The notes: generated from the sequence alone by a model not told the origin. A DNA stretch of 64,000 nt from Bacteroidota bacterium (GCA_021324685.1 JAJPIQ010000036.1:1423-65422); one strand, 5' to 3'; shown: positions 37,392-47,637, counted from the first letter of the stretch. Translations and numbers: made by a program.

Positions 37392-38834
37392 TCAGAGCGT
37401 CCGAATATCGTTGATCACCATAAAGACCATCAGGAACAACAGGATCGCAATCCCGACCTTTTGAAAATTGAGCTTAAAGCGCTGGGACAGTTCGTGACCC
37501 AGGATCGCCTCGATGAGAATAATGAGCAAATGCCCTCCATCGAGCGCCGGAATGGGAAGGATATTAATGAGCGCCAGCGAGATCGAAAGCGTCGCCATAA
37601 AGAACAGGAATGTTTCGAGTCCGCCGGCGGCACTCTTGGATGCATACTGCGCGATCTTGACCGGCCCGCCCAGGGCTTCCTGCACCGCCAGTTTCCCCGA
37701 GAAGATTTCGCGGATCGTTTCAACGGTAAGGCGCGCCACCGTCCAGAGTCCATTCCAGCCTTCGGAGATCGAAGCGCCGAGTCCATAATTTACCGAAACC
37801 GTCCGCCCCAGGTAATCGCCGCTATGGAATACGCCGATAATGCCCTTGGCATCCGGCGTAACCGTGGCCGTCATGCGGTTACCGTTACGGAGGAATTCGA
37901 CCGCGATCGGCTGCAATGGATGGGAACTGATCGCATCGACAAACGCATCCGGCGTGGAAATGGCCGTTCCGTTTACGGCCAGAATGCTGTCGCCTTTCCT
38001 GAGCCCGGCCTTCGCCGCTGCGAGGTCCGGAATAACGCTATCTAACTTCGGCGCGGCATATCCCACCGGTTCCAGCCCGAACTGCTTGTCGATATTTTTC
38101 AGGCTGCCCATCTCGTCCGAACGGTAGAGCGCCGAATAGGTATGGCCGTCGCGCTCGAATTCGAGCGAAAAATCTTTCCCAAAATTTTGCTTGAGTGCCG
38201 CGTTCTCGACTTCCATCCAGTTGGAGACCGGTTGCCCGGCCACGGACACGATCCGGTCTCCCGGTCGGAGGCCGTCCGATTTCGATATGGACCCGTGGCT
38301 GACGTATCCGACGGTCGTTGTTGCAGGGCCTTCCGTGCCGTAAAAATAGAACTGTCCCGAGAGGATCGCCCATGCCAGCAGCGTATTCATGATCACCCCG
38401 GCACAGATCACGATCGACTTTTGCCACCACGGCTTTGCGCGGAATTCCCAGGGTTGGATTTCTTCCGGGAGCACCTCGTTCTGCGTTTCATCGATCATCC
38501 CCTCGATTTTGGCATAGCCTCCGATGGGCAGCATCGATAGCCGATAGTCGGTATTATTTTCGAGTTTTAGCTCTGCTTCCGGATCGAGAGGTCCCAGCGT
38601 GAGGCCGTTGATCTTATTGAATCCGAAAAGCCGGCGGCCCATACCGACCGAAAAAACGGGGACACGCATTCCAAAAATACGGCCGGCAATAAAATGGCCA
38701 AACTCGTGCACCGTTACGAGCACGAAGATGGTAATGACAAAATAGAGAATTGCGCGAAGGACGTTTTCCGCGCTTTCTAAGCCAATTTGAGCTATGAGGA
38801 GGTGTTCCAAGAGAAGATCCGAAAGTCCTATCAA
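37392..38834 (-). CDS. rseP: RIP site-2 metalloprotease RseP
   Basis: HEFGHFIAGR (HExxH), PDZ-like GLRPGDRIVSVAGQ and GLRKGDSILAVNG, C-terminal NILPIPALDGGH. The start may lie downstream of the track start. Confidence 0.9.
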   Translation of the reverse strand: MIGLSDLLLEHLLIAQIGLESAENVLRAILYFVITIFVLVTVHEFGHFIAGRIFGMRVPVFSVGMGRRLFGFNKINGLTLGPLDPEAELKLENNTDYRLSMLPIGGYAKIEGMIDETQNEVLPEEIQPWEFRAKPWWQKSIVICAGVIMNTLLAWAILSGQFYFYGTEGPATTTVGYVSHGSISKSDGLRPGDRIVSVAGQPVSNWMEVENAALKQNFGKDFSLEFERDGHTYSALYRSDEMGSLKNIDKQFGLEPVGYAAPKLDSVIPDLAAAKAGLRKGDSILAVNGTAISTPDAFVDAISSHPLQPIAVEFLRNGNRMTATVTPDAKGIIGVFHSGDYLGRTVSVNYGLGASISEGWNGLWTVARLTVETIREIFSGKLAVQEALGGPVKIAQYASKSAAGGLETFLFFMATLSISLALINILPIPALDGGHLLIILIEAILGHELSQRFKLNFQKVGIAILLFLMVFMVINDIRTL

Positions 38835-39031
38835 AATCTCGGGCCACCCTTTAGTTCATTTTTTCTTCCATCAAATTGCCGTGCTGCTTCTTTGAATCGT
38901 ATGGGCGTTCCGCTTCTTAGAAATTTGTCACGGCGTTAAATTGGCAAATTTGATGTTGACGGTAACTTGCAATACCGACCCCTCGTAATTCGTCATTACC
39001 CTTCGCAACTCGTCATCGATAAGTAGATATT

Positions 39032-40003
39032 TTGGCCTGGGACCCACAATCACCCCGTCGTCGCCCGCAAATGCCGGGTTTTTCGATGTTCCCGCCCGGA
39101 ATTAAATTCCTTCTGGCGGCAAATGTCGGTGTTTACCTTGCTGAGCTTCTTTTCGGGATTTTCCGGTTTGGCAATGGACTCACACTTACCGATTTCTTAG
39201 TCGAGTATTGTGCGTTATGGCCGCTTGGCTCCGGCCATTTCCTGCCGTGGCAGTTACTGACCTACATGTTCCTTCACGATGGCTTCTGGCATATTGCCTT
39301 CAATATGCTGATGCTCTATTGGGTTGGTGTGCTGGTCGAGCAGTCCTGGGGTACCAAACGGTTTTTGACCTATTATTTCGTTTGTGGTCTGGGCGGTTCT
39401 GCTGCGCATTTGCTCCTTTCCGGATTTTTCCAGATGGGTGGTGGCCCGATGCTCGGAGCTTCCGGAGCTATATTTGGCGTCCTCGTGGCTTTTGGAGTCA
39501 TGTTCCCGGATATGCGACTCTTTATCTTTCCTTTGTTCATTCCGATCAAGGCAAAGATCCTCGTTCCTATTCTTATTGCCGTTGAAATTTACTCTACGTA
39601 TAACGCGCAAGATAATGTTGCGCACTTAGCACACTTAGGCGGTGCCGTGACGGGAATGCTTTACCTCCTTCTGATGTCCGGCGGGAAGATCCTTGCCAGG
39701 CGTAAGGCCGGAGTGCAGTCGCAATGGTCCGAGCCCCGGGCTTCGGTCGCGAAAGACGGCGGGCTCTTTGGCCGCAAGCGCGCGTCTGGAGGCGCGGTCG
39801 ACGCCGAATATCGTGACATCGATGCTACGAGCCACGAAGCTTCCAATGCCAATGCACAGAACGTCCGGCAGGGCAAGACGATCACGCAGGAGGAGATCGA
39901 CCGGATCCTCGATAAGATTGCCGCCACCGGTTACCAGAACCTGACCGAAGAAGAACGCGACATTTTGTTCGAAGCTTCGAGAAGAATGGAAGAAAAGAGA
40001 TAA
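39032..40003 (+). CDS. Rhomboid-family intramembrane serine protease with a C-terminal soluble extension
   Basis: HIAFNMLMLY, GASGAIFGVL (catalytic Ser), HLAHLGG (catalytic His). TTG start; ATG 39071 is an alternative. Confidence 0.8.
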   Translation: MAWDPQSPRRRPQMPGFSMFPPGIKFLLAANVGVYLAELLFGIFRFGNGLTLTDFLVEYCALWPLGSGHFLPWQLLTYMFLHDGFWHIAFNMLMLYWVGVLVEQSWGTKRFLTYYFVCGLGGSAAHLLLSGFFQMGGGPMLGASGAIFGVLVAFGVMFPDMRLFIFPLFIPIKAKILVPILIAVEIYSTYNAQDNVAHLAHLGGAVTGMLYLLLMSGGKILARRKAGVQSQWSEPRASVAKDGGLFGRKRASGGAVDAEYRDIDATSHEASNANAQNVRQGKTITQEEIDRILDKIAATGYQNLTEEERDILFEASRRMEEKR

Positions 40004-40077
40004 TAGAACAGTGTGGTGCGAAAGTATATTTCGCACCGGGGCGATGTACCAAATCGCCCCACACCAAATTTAAAATT

Positions 40078-41193
40078 ATGGAAACAATACTTCCAATCGT
40101 CGCTGAAACTACAAACGGTCATTCGACAAGCACCTCGCATCCCCGGCGTAAATCGCGGCGGGTGATGATCGGCAACATTCCAGTGGGCGATGGCGCGCCG
40201 ATCTCGGTGCAGTCCATGACGAAAACGAAGACCGGCGATGTCGATGCCACGGTAGCCCAGATCAAGCGCATGGAAGATGCCGGCTGCGACATCGCGCGTG
40301 TGACCGTGAACGATTGGGAAGCGGCCGAAGGCATTGCCGAGATCGTTCGGCAATCGAATATTCCGGTCGTCGCCGATATTCATTTCAATCACGTCTTTGC
40401 GCTCAAAGCGATCGAGGGAAATGTCGCGAAAGTACGGCTCAATCCCGGCAATATCGGAAAGATCGAGCGCATCCACGAGGTGCTCGGAAAAGCGAAGGAA
40501 AAAAGAATTCCCATTCGCATCGGGGTCAATTCCGGGTCGCTCGAAAAAGATATTTTGGATAAGCATGGCTACCCGACCGCCGAAGCGCTCTATGAATCGG
40601 CCATGCGCCATGTCAGGATCTGCGAAGATTTTAATTTCGAGGACGTCATCATCAGTGTAAAATCGACCGACGTTCGCCTCATGATCGATGCCTATCGCTT
40701 AGTAGCGGAACGGACCGATTATCCGCTCCATCTGGGCGTGACCGAAGCCGGGACCACACGCGTCGGCTCGATCAAATCGTCGGTGGGGATCGGAACGCTG
40801 CTCGCCGAGGGGATTGGCGATACCATCCGTGTCTCGCTCACGGACGAGCCCGAAAAAGAGGTCGAGACCGGGAAGGAAATCTTGCGTACGCTCGGGCTTG
40901 CCTCGCGTAATGTGGAGATCATTGCCTGCCCGACCTGCGGACGTTTGGAGATCGATCTCTTCAAAGTAACACGGGAACTCGAAGCGGCTGTCGCGCATAT
41001 TAAAAAGCCGGTGAAGGTCGCATTACTCGGCTGCGTCGTCAACGGTCCCGGCGAAGCCAGCGAAGCAGACATCGGCATCGCCGCCGGCAAAGGCGTTGGC
41101 ATTCTCTACCGCAAAGGCGAGATGATCCGCCGCATCCGAGAAGATGAGATCGTCTCGACGCTCATCGAAGAGGTGACGAATTTCGCGGGGTAA
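40078..41193 (+). CDS. ispG: 4-hydroxy-3-methylbut-2-en-1-yl diphosphate synthase IspG
   Basis: RRKSRRVMIGNIPVGDGAPISVQSMTKT, ADIHFNH, RINPGNIG-like RLNPGNIG, ACPTCGR, GCVVNGPGE. Confidence 0.95.
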   Translation: METILPIVAETTNGHSTSTSHPRRKSRRVMIGNIPVGDGAPISVQSMTKTKTGDVDATVAQIKRMEDAGCDIARVTVNDWEAAEGIAEIVRQSNIPVVADIHFNHVFALKAIEGNVAKVRLNPGNIGKIERIHEVLGKAKEKRIPIRIGVNSGSLEKDILDKHGYPTAEALYESAMRHVRICEDFNFEDVIISVKSTDVRLMIDAYRLVAERTDYPLHLGVTEAGTTRVGSIKSSVGIGTLLAEGIGDTIRVSLTDEPEKEVETGKEILRTLGLASRNVEIIACPTCGRLEIDLFKVTRELEAAVAHIKKPVKVALLGCVVNGPGEASEADIGIAAGKGVGILYRKGEMIRRIREDEIVSTLIEEVTNFAG

Positions 41194-41211
41194 GGGTTTG
41201 GGATATGACTC

Positions 41212-42033
41212 ATGCGGAAGAACATCCATATTACGATGCTATGGATTCTAATTCCCACAGCAACGGGATGTAGTGTTGCGGTGCCGTATGTTCCGAATCG
41301 TCCACCGGTCCCGCAAATTACTCATGAGGGTGAGTTCAATGTAAGCGGTGGGATCCACGGTCCAAGCGCAACTGGCTTCGACGGTCAGATCGTGTACACG
41401 CCGTGGAATCATTATTCGCTCTATTCCGCAATTCAATTCGATCGCGGTCTCGATTTTCCGTATCAAGGCACTGGTGATACTTCACAGTATACTAACCGTT
41501 TCTTTGAAATTGGCGCAGGGTATTACGATTCCATTCGATGGTTTCACTATGAAGTATATCTTCTGGGCGGGCTTGGCAGTGGCTCCGATCAAATAAGGAA
41601 TTTCCGGTATTATTCCGACTATTCCAGTTCCAAAGCGTATACGGACACGACCTCACTTCGAGTCGTGCGAATAGGAATCCAACAGAACCTTGCGTACGGC
41701 AGCGATCCGGGCTGGTCGGCCGGCATCGGTCTCGGTCTTGGGTACGAACGTCTTTATAATATACGCCGACTAATGACGAATTACGATTTGGCCCAAACCC
41801 CTCATTCGAGCGATTCGGTCGTATCCGCTGTCTCGGCACTCGAAACTTCGCCACAAAGCGCGTTGTATGCAGAACCGCTGCTTTTTTGTTCCCTGGGAGC
41901 ACCGCTCTCGTTTAATGGGACCGAGTTATTCATGCTCAAATGTTACATGGAACTCTGGTGGACGTACCGAACGAACTCATACTCTTCTTTCGGTAGTTCT
42001 AACCTTTCACTATCTCTGGCCTTGGATTTTTAA
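41212..42033 (+). CDS. Hypothetical outer-membrane (beta-barrel-like) lipoprotein
   Basis: Lipobox IPTATGC SVA. Tyr/Gly/Ser-rich alternating pattern. C-terminal ...LSLALDF (terminal Phe). Confidence 0.45.
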   Translation: MRKNIHITMLWILIPTATGCSVAVPYVPNRPPVPQITHEGEFNVSGGIHGPSATGFDGQIVYTPWNHYSLYSAIQFDRGLDFPYQGTGDTSQYTNRFFEIGAGYYDSIRWFHYEVYLLGGLGSGSDQIRNFRYYSDYSSSKAYTDTTSLRVVRIGIQQNLAYGSDPGWSAGIGLGLGYERLYNIRRLMTNYDLAQTPHSSDSVVSAVSALETSPQSALYAEPLLFCSLGAPLSFNGTELFMLKCYMELWWTYRTNSYSSFGSSNLSLSLALDF

Positions 42034-42048
42034 CATCTTCATTGCAGC

Positions 42049-42810
42049 GTGTCATCGAACTTAATCTCCATCACCACATCGCATCCCCTCGCCACGATCA
42101 CCATGACGCGCGAGGAGAAGCGGAATGCGCTCTCGCCGGAACTTATCGCCGAATTAAAAGCGGCGTTCAAGGAACTCGCGAGCGATGAAGACGTGCGCGT
42201 CGTTATTCTAAAAGGCCAGGGAAACACGTTTAGCGCCGGGGCCGATCTATCCTATCTTCAAAAAATTTCGGAAAACGGTCCGGAAGAGAACCTGGCCGAT
42301 TCACGCTCCTTGCGGGATCTGCTCTGGCAAATTTATACATTCCCAAAAGTTACGATCGCGCAGGTCCACGGTGCGGCGCTGGCCGGCGGATGCGGGCTGG
42401 CGACGGTGTGCGACGTCATCTTCGCCGCCGACGATTCCCAGTTCGGTTATACCGAGACTGCGATAGGATTCATTCCCGCACTCGTGTCGATCTTTCTGGT
42501 CCGTAAGATCGGTGAACAGCACGCTCGGGAACTGCTTCTCAGCGCGCGAAAAATTTCGGCCGAAGAGGCGTATTCGTTGGGACTTGCGCAGTACGTCGTC
42601 CCGTGCGCTTCCCTCGAGTCGGCGGTAAACGAGTATGCGCATACGGTCGCGAAGAATTCTGCAAGCGCCATTGCACTGACGAAATCGCTCCTCGCCGCCC
42701 AGCACGGCATGAGCCTCGAAGCGGGCCTGGAATATGCCGCGAGCATGAACGCCCTGGCCCGAGCAACTCCGGATATGAAAAAAGGCCTTGCAAAATTTTT
42801 AAAAAAATAA
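42049..42810 (+). CDS. Enoyl-CoA hydratase/isomerase (crotonase) family protein
   Basis: VVILKGQGNTFSAGADLSYL, IAQVHGAALAGGCGLATVCD, GYTETAIGFIP. Confidence 0.9.
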   Translation: MSSNLISITTSHPLATITMTREEKRNALSPELIAELKAAFKELASDEDVRVVILKGQGNTFSAGADLSYLQKISENGPEENLADSRSLRDLLWQIYTFPKVTIAQVHGAALAGGCGLATVCDVIFAADDSQFGYTETAIGFIPALVSIFLVRKIGEQHARELLLSARKISAEEAYSLGLAQYVVPCASLESAVNEYAHTVAKNSASAIALTKSLLAAQHGMSLEAGLEYAASMNALARATPDMKKGLAKFLKK

Positions 42811-42814
42811 TTCG

Positions 42815-43230
42815 ATGGATTCCATCGAATATTTTGAAGATCTCGGCGCCATTTCAGACCCGGATTTCGACGGGTTTTTCGTTGGATGGCAAAACGCCCC
42901 CACATCCTCAATCTACGGAAGATTTTAAGGAATAGCGCCCATTGTGTCGTTGCCTACGATACCCATGCCCGAAAAGTAATCGGTTTTATTAATTGTATCT
43001 CGGATGGGATTCTCACCGCATACATTCCGCTTCTCGAAGTACTGCCGGAATATCAGCATCGCGGCATCGCTACGAAGCTAATGGAACGAATGCTCGAAAT
43101 TACTACACGGTATTATATGACCGATCTCAACTGCGATGCTGCATTAGTACCGTTTTATGAGAAGCTCGGTATGAAAAAGGGAACTGCAATGATGCGAAGG
43201 AATTATTCTCAGCAGTCCGGTCAGACGTGA
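42815..43230 (+). pseudogene. GNAT N-acetyltransferase split by a 1-nt frame change at a C5 run (or a homopolymer sequencing error)
   Basis: ATG 42815 opens MDSIEYFEDLGAISDPDFDGFFVGWQNAP, then stops at 42926-42928. Track ORF 42886..43230 in the -1 frame continues ...PHILNLRKILRNSAHCVVAYD...LEVLPEYQHRGIATKLMERML (acetyl-CoA site). Adding one C to ccccc (42897-42901) joins the two frames. Confidence 0.5.
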
Positions 43231-44514
43231 TCATCCCAGTCTCGGCACAGCCAGTCCGCCGTGCGTAACAAGCGCCACGCGGGCGTCCTTACCTTTGCGG
43301 GAAAGCGCGGCATTGAATGCGTTCTGCGCGTCGTTGTTTTGATCGAAGCCGAATTTTGCGGGATCGGCCATGCCCATGCCGTGACTGACGAAGGTAATCC
43401 GGGAGGCGCGATCGACGACCTCTCGCAGGGCTGCGAGTTGTGCTCCCATGACGGCATGATGCGAAAGTTCTCCTTTTTCGGTCGACGTTAAAAGGTCTCT
43501 TCGTTCGTGTTTTATATTCGCCGCGAGCGATCCCGAGACTGCGGAGACCGCTTCCAAAAGCGGCGAAACAACGATGATCTCGCCGCCCTGTTTCAAAATT
43601 CCATTCGCCGCATAGAGCGCATGCGAGGCCTGGAACAGGTTCGTATCGAACGGATGTGAATCGATCACGACCATATCGGCCGGTTCCGTTACCGTGAAGC
43701 TAAACATTCGCGCTGCCACGTCCGCGCTCACGCGATAGACACTCGTGGGCGCGCCGGCAACGCAGGCCGTAATGTTTAGCGTCCGGTCGACCACGAGATC
43801 GACGCAGAACTTGAATGCAGGAACGAACGCGAGCAGGTCGCGGATGAACGTGCGAGCCGGATTTTCGATCGTTCCCAAGATCGCGCTCGAGGGTTCGGAG
43901 GCGCCCGTCAGGTACACTTCGGCAATCGTTCGCTCATTCCCGAGTCCCGGAAAAATAAGCGAACCGCCGCCGGTAAATCCTTTGAAACGGTTTGGATAGG
44001 TTCCCCCGATCCCGACGATCAGCGAGTGGTCGCGCAGCCGTGCATCGGCAACAACGCTTACGGGACCGCTCGAGGTATGGACCGTCCCGAAGGTGTGAAA
44101 ATCCTGCTCGCGTAAGGCCAGCGCAGACTGGTACACGCTGAATCGGCGCCGCATTTCCGCGCCGATCTTGCGGTCGACCTCCTCGTTCGATCCGGCCCGG
44201 TGACGAACGTTCGCGATCAGCACCGTAATGTTCGCATCGCTCACACCCGCTTCGTGGAGCGCATGGACCACGTGATAGAACGGGAAGACGGTCGGTGTCG
44301 GCTCGAGCGCATCGTCGAGCACGATGAGGACACGATCGTCGGGCGAAGCCAGGTCCTGAAGTTTCGGGCTATTGACCGGGTGTTCGAAGGCATCGCGCAT
44401 CAGCGCTTCGCGATCGGAATGCGGCGCTTCGAGCGGGCTATACATGCCGATCAGGTTTTTATCGGGAATTTCTAACTCTCGAAATTTGGGGTAGTAGGTG
44501 TAGTAGTAAAGCAT
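43231..44514 (-). CDS. LarA-like (DUF2088 / nickel-pincer racemase family) protein
   Basis: 427 aa. The overall pattern (RVLIVLDD..EPTP, ITVLIANV.HR, later GGTYPNRFKGFTGGG) resembles the lactate racemase N-terminal domain family. This is motif-level recognition only. Confidence 0.5.
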   Translation of the reverse strand: MLYYYTYYPKFRELEIPDKNLIGMYSPLEAPHSDREALMRDAFEHPVNSPKLQDLASPDDRVLIVLDDALEPTPTVFPFYHVVHALHEAGVSDANITVLIANVRHRAGSNEEVDRKIGAEMRRRFSVYQSALALREQDFHTFGTVHTSSGPVSVVADARLRDHSLIVGIGGTYPNRFKGFTGGGSLIFPGLGNERTIAEVYLTGASEPSSAILGTIENPARTFIRDLLAFVPAFKFCVDLVVDRTLNITACVAGAPTSVYRVSADVAARMFSFTVTEPADMVVIDSHPFDTNLFQASHALYAANGILKQGGEIIVVSPLLEAVSAVSGSLAANIKHERRDLLTSTEKGELSHHAVMGAQLAALREVVDRASRITFVSHGMGMADPAKFGFDQNNDAQNAFNAALSRKGKDARVALVTHGGLAVPRLG

Positions 44515-44596
44515 CGACCTCGATTACGCGGATAATGGGTGGTGAATGATATCTGGCGAAAGAAACATTCGTTTGGGCGTTGTCAATCCATTCTCG

Positions 44597-45670
44597 TCAG
44601 CCGGATTTCGCTAATTTCTCTGCCCGGTCGGCCACGCGGAGCGCTTCGATGACTTCATCGAGCTCGCCCTCCATCACGCGATCGAGATAATAGACGGTGA
44701 GTCCGATCCGATGATCGGTAAGGCGGTTTTGAGGAAAATTATAGGTGCGGATTTTTTCGGAACGGTCTCCCGAGCCGATCATCGAACGGCGCTCCGCCGA
44801 ATATTTTTCTTCGGCTTCCCGTTGTGCTTTCTCATAAAGCCTCGCGCGAAGGACTTTCATCGCCTTATTCCGATTCTTTAGTTGGCTGCGCTCGTCCTGA
44901 CAGCTGACAACGATCCCCGTCGGAATATGCGTCAAACGCACCGCCGTCTCGACCTTATTCACATTCTGGCCTCCTTTGCCGCCGGAACGAAAGATGTCGA
45001 TACGCACGTCGTTCGGATTGATATCGACATCGATCTCTTCCACTTCCGGGAGCACGGCAACCGAAGCGGCGCTGGTATGGACGCGGCCCTGTGTTTCGGT
45101 TTGGGGGACGCGCTGGACCCGGTGTACGCCCGACTCGAACTTCATCTTCGCATACACATCCGTTCCCAACAGCGAAAAGGTGATCTCTTTATAGCCCCCG
45201 ATCGTCCCTTCGTTGGCATCGATCACCTCGAGCTTCCATAGTTGGCGCTCGGCGTAGCGCGAATACATGCGGAAGAGGTCGCCCGCGAAGATCGCGGCTT
45301 CATCGCCACCGGTGCCGGCGCGGATCTCCACGATCGAATCGCGCGAATCGTTGGGGTCGGGCGGGATCAGTAGGAACTTTATTTCTTCTTCGAGTCGTGC
45401 ATTGTCCGATTCCAACGAACGCAGCTCTTCTTCGGCGAGCGAGCGCATTTCGGGATCGTGCGTTTCGGCCAGGACGTCCCGGGCACCCTCGATATTGCGA
45501 CGAAGCCGCTCATACTGCCGATAGGCCGCTTCGACCGGTTCGAGCACGCGCCGCTCCTTCGAAAGGGATGTCAGCCGCGACATATCGGAGGCATTCGAGG
45601 GATCTTCCAATTCCCGTAGAACGCCTTCGTATTTTACGTGTACCTGCCGCAGCTTTTCGAGCAAATCCAT
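44597..45670 (-). CDS. prfA: Peptide chain release factor 1
   Basis: RVQRVPQTETQGRVHTSAASVAVLPE (PxT tripeptide region), RSGGKGGQNVNKVETAVRLTHIPTG (GGQ). Uninterrupted frame. Confidence 0.95.
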   Translation of the reverse strand: MDLLEKLRQVHVKYEGVLRELEDPSNASDMSRLTSLSKERRVLEPVEAAYRQYERLRRNIEGARDVLAETHDPEMRSLAEEELRSLESDNARLEEEIKFLLIPPDPNDSRDSIVEIRAGTGGDEAAIFAGDLFRMYSRYAERQLWKLEVIDANEGTIGGYKEITFSLLGTDVYAKMKFESGVHRVQRVPQTETQGRVHTSAASVAVLPEVEEIDVDINPNDVRIDIFRSGGKGGQNVNKVETAVRLTHIPTGIVVSCQDERSQLKNRNKAMKVLRARLYEKAQREAEEKYSAERRSMIGSGDRSEKIRTYNFPQNRLTDHRIGLTVYYLDRVMEGELDEVIEALRVADRAEKLAKSG

Positions 45671-45766
45671 AAGCGATGAGCGATCGGGAGTCCAGCGAGA
45701 GCAGTCCCGATCGCGCCGCCGTTAACGCCGGAAGCCAGCAGAATGTCCCAAAGAATAGCGGAAGAC

Positions 45767-46177
45767 CTATTTCAATTCATACTCTATCTCGAAGGCCACT
45801 TCCATTCCCCTCGAAGCGTACGTTGCTCGACCCGTTATCGATGCAAGTTCACCGGTCCCCGAATCTTCAAGGACGGTCAGAACGGAATGGAGCGCCCCGT
45901 TTTGGAATGTGCCATGGTCCTCCATGACGAAGGAGCCGGCTTTGCCATTCAACGTTCCTTCGAAGCGCATCAACCCAACGAAGGCTGCGTTGGATCGATG
46001 CGGATCGTTCGGGTCCGCATAGGTATAGAACATCAGCCATTCGACCCGGGCAACGCCCGTAATGTCACCACTAAAATGAAGCACGACCGAGGCGTTCGTT
46101 ATTTTCTGTTCCGTTGAAATAGGGATTGTTGTCTTCTCATCCCACTGTGCCGGAGTGAAGGTTCCATGTGCAGTCAT
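45767..46177 (-). CDS. DUF3224-family protein
   Basis: MTAHGTFTPAQWDEKT...FSGDITGVARVEWLMFY...FVGLMRFEGTLNGKAGSFVMEDHGTF...GSGTGELASITG matches my memory of the DUF3224 consensus. Confidence 0.65.
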   Translation of the reverse strand: MTAHGTFTPAQWDEKTTIPISTEQKITNASVVLHFSGDITGVARVEWLMFYTYADPNDPHRSNAAFVGLMRFEGTLNGKAGSFVMEDHGTFQNGALHSVLTVLEDSGTGELASITGRATYASRGMEVAFEIEYELK

Positions 46178-46328
46178 AACGGATAAACAGCAATGACCCG
46201 AGAATAAAATTCCAAAGCAGGACCTGCCGTTATTGTAAAATGGGAGAATGGGTAATTGCCGTAAAAGCGGATCGGAAGTGGATCGGCAAAGAAAAACAAA
46301 AAATTTATTCCGAACGTCAAAAAATAGC

Positions 46329-46357
46329 TTGACTTTCGCAAAAAGCTGTTGTATATT
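46329..46357 (+). promoter_or_regulatory. Sigma-70-like promoter candidate
   Basis: TTGACT (46329-46334), 17-nt spacer, TATATT (46352-46357), about 40 nt upstream of ATG 46399. tatatttac also resembles the Bacteroidota TAnnTTTG -7 element. Confidence 0.5.
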
Positions 46358-46398
46358 TACATGGTAATTACTAACGCGGTTTGCCCTGTCATTTTGCC

Positions 46399-46899
46399 AT
46401 GAATTTTAAATTCAAAACCAAATATTCGTTCGCTGCCCTGGGAGTCCTCGTCTTTATTGTCGGTTGCGTTATCAATTTTAAGAGCGAAGTAAGCGGCAGG
46501 CATGTCATCCATGTCGATACGCATTACCGCTATCCCGGCCGAAACGAAGCAAGCACTTCCGATCGGTATTACAAAAAGGAGGTGCAGCCGGGCCGTTTCG
46601 CGCAAAGTACCGATTTCTCTCTTGACGACGGCCAGCAGATTCTGGTCCTGAACAAGGCTTTTGTTTACCATTTTTACCAGATGCCCGACACGTTTTACCA
46701 TGCGGGCGAAAAAGGTGGGCCGCCGGCCGGGCAGCCGCAATTTCTTCGAATTTGGGCCGATACGCTCGATAAGACGGTCCATTGGAACGGCTCGATCGAC
46801 AGCCTCCATCCTTCGAAATTTCAGCTTAAAGAGCTGGTGGAATACGTCGATTCGATCGCAAGATCGACCGATGCCTATAAAAGCCTGCCGGAAAATTAA
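46399..46899 (+). CDS. Hypothetical lipoprotein
   Basis: MNFKFKTKYSFAALGVLVFIVGC lipobox. Preferred over the fully overlapping antisense ORF 46357..46959 because of the signal peptide and the upstream promoter. Confidence 0.5.
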   Translation: MNFKFKTKYSFAALGVLVFIVGCVINFKSEVSGRHVIHVDTHYRYPGRNEASTSDRYYKKEVQPGRFAQSTDFSLDDGQQILVLNKAFVYHFYQMPDTFYHAGEKGGPPAGQPQFLRIWADTLDKTVHWNGSIDSLHPSKFQLKELVEYVDSIARSTDAYKSLPEN

Positions 46900-47012
46900 G
46901 AATGGAAAGGATACGCGCGTTCGGCTGAATTCCGCGAACTTTTTAAGCGGCTCGAGCATTTCACGCCCTTCCGAAGGCGGGCAATTCCCCGATTCGTTAC
47001 TAGAGACTCATT

Positions 47013-47285
47013 ATGTTCGCGATCGTAGAAATTTCCGGAGAGCAGTTTAAGATTTCTGAGGACACCCAGACCTTGCGCGTGCCGTATATGGCCGACGCTG
47101 CCGAAGGCCAGGAAGTGCCCTTTGGCAGGGTCCATTTTTCCGAAGGCAATGCCAAGCCCGTCGCGACGGTAAAAGGCCATGTACGCGGCGAAAAAGTCAT
47201 CGTTTTCCACAAAAAGCGCCGTAAACGCTACCGGAAAACGAACGGCCACACCCAGCGTTATACCGAGCTCGCGATCACCTGGTAA
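47013..47285 (+). CDS. rplU: 50S ribosomal protein L21
   Basis: MFAIVEISGEQFKISE...GEKVIVFHKKRRKRYRKTNGHTQRYTEL. Confidence 0.9.
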   Translation: MFAIVEISGEQFKISEDTQTLRVPYMADAAEGQEVPFGRVHFSEGNAKPVATVKGHVRGEKVIVFHKKRRKRYRKTNGHTQRYTELAITW

Positions 47286-47352
47286 TCCAGTTACCGGGTA
47301 GGTAACAATCGAAATTCAGAATTAGGACATAGTATTTCAGCACTCTTAGGAT

Positions 47353-47637
47353 ATGGCACATAAAAAAGGAATGGGATCGACGCGTAACGGACGCGATTCC
47401 AATGCACAACGGTTAGGCGTGAAGAAATTCGGCGGCGAGTTCGTCAAGGCCGGCAATATCCTTATTCGTCAGCGCGGAACGAAATATCATCCCGGCGAAA
47501 ATGTCCTTCGTGCCAAGGACGACACCCTGTTTGCGATCTCGGACGGCGTGGTAAAGTTCGAGCGATTCCGACTCGGCCGTCAAAAAGTGAGCGTCTACCC
47601 GAAGGCGGCGGCAACCGCTGCGGCAGCGAACGCGTAA
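47353..47637 (+). CDS. rpmA: 50S ribosomal protein L27
   Basis: [51 protein letters not shown]. Confidence 0.95.
   Translation: MAHKKGMGSTRNGRDSNAQRLGVKKFGGEFVKAGNILIRQRGTKYHPGENVLRAKDDTLFAISDGVVKFERFRLGRQKVSVYPKAAATAAAANA

Noticed and set aside
44597-45670. Programmed +1 frameshift in a release-factor gene
   Set aside because: That feature belongs to prfB (RF2). This gene is RF1-type (PxT region, no SPF) and its frame is uninterrupted.
46357-46959. 200-aa minus-strand ORF overlapping the 46399..46899 lipoprotein ORF
   Set aside because: It has no signal or motifs. The plus-strand ORF has a lipobox and a consensus-like promoter. This call remains uncertain.
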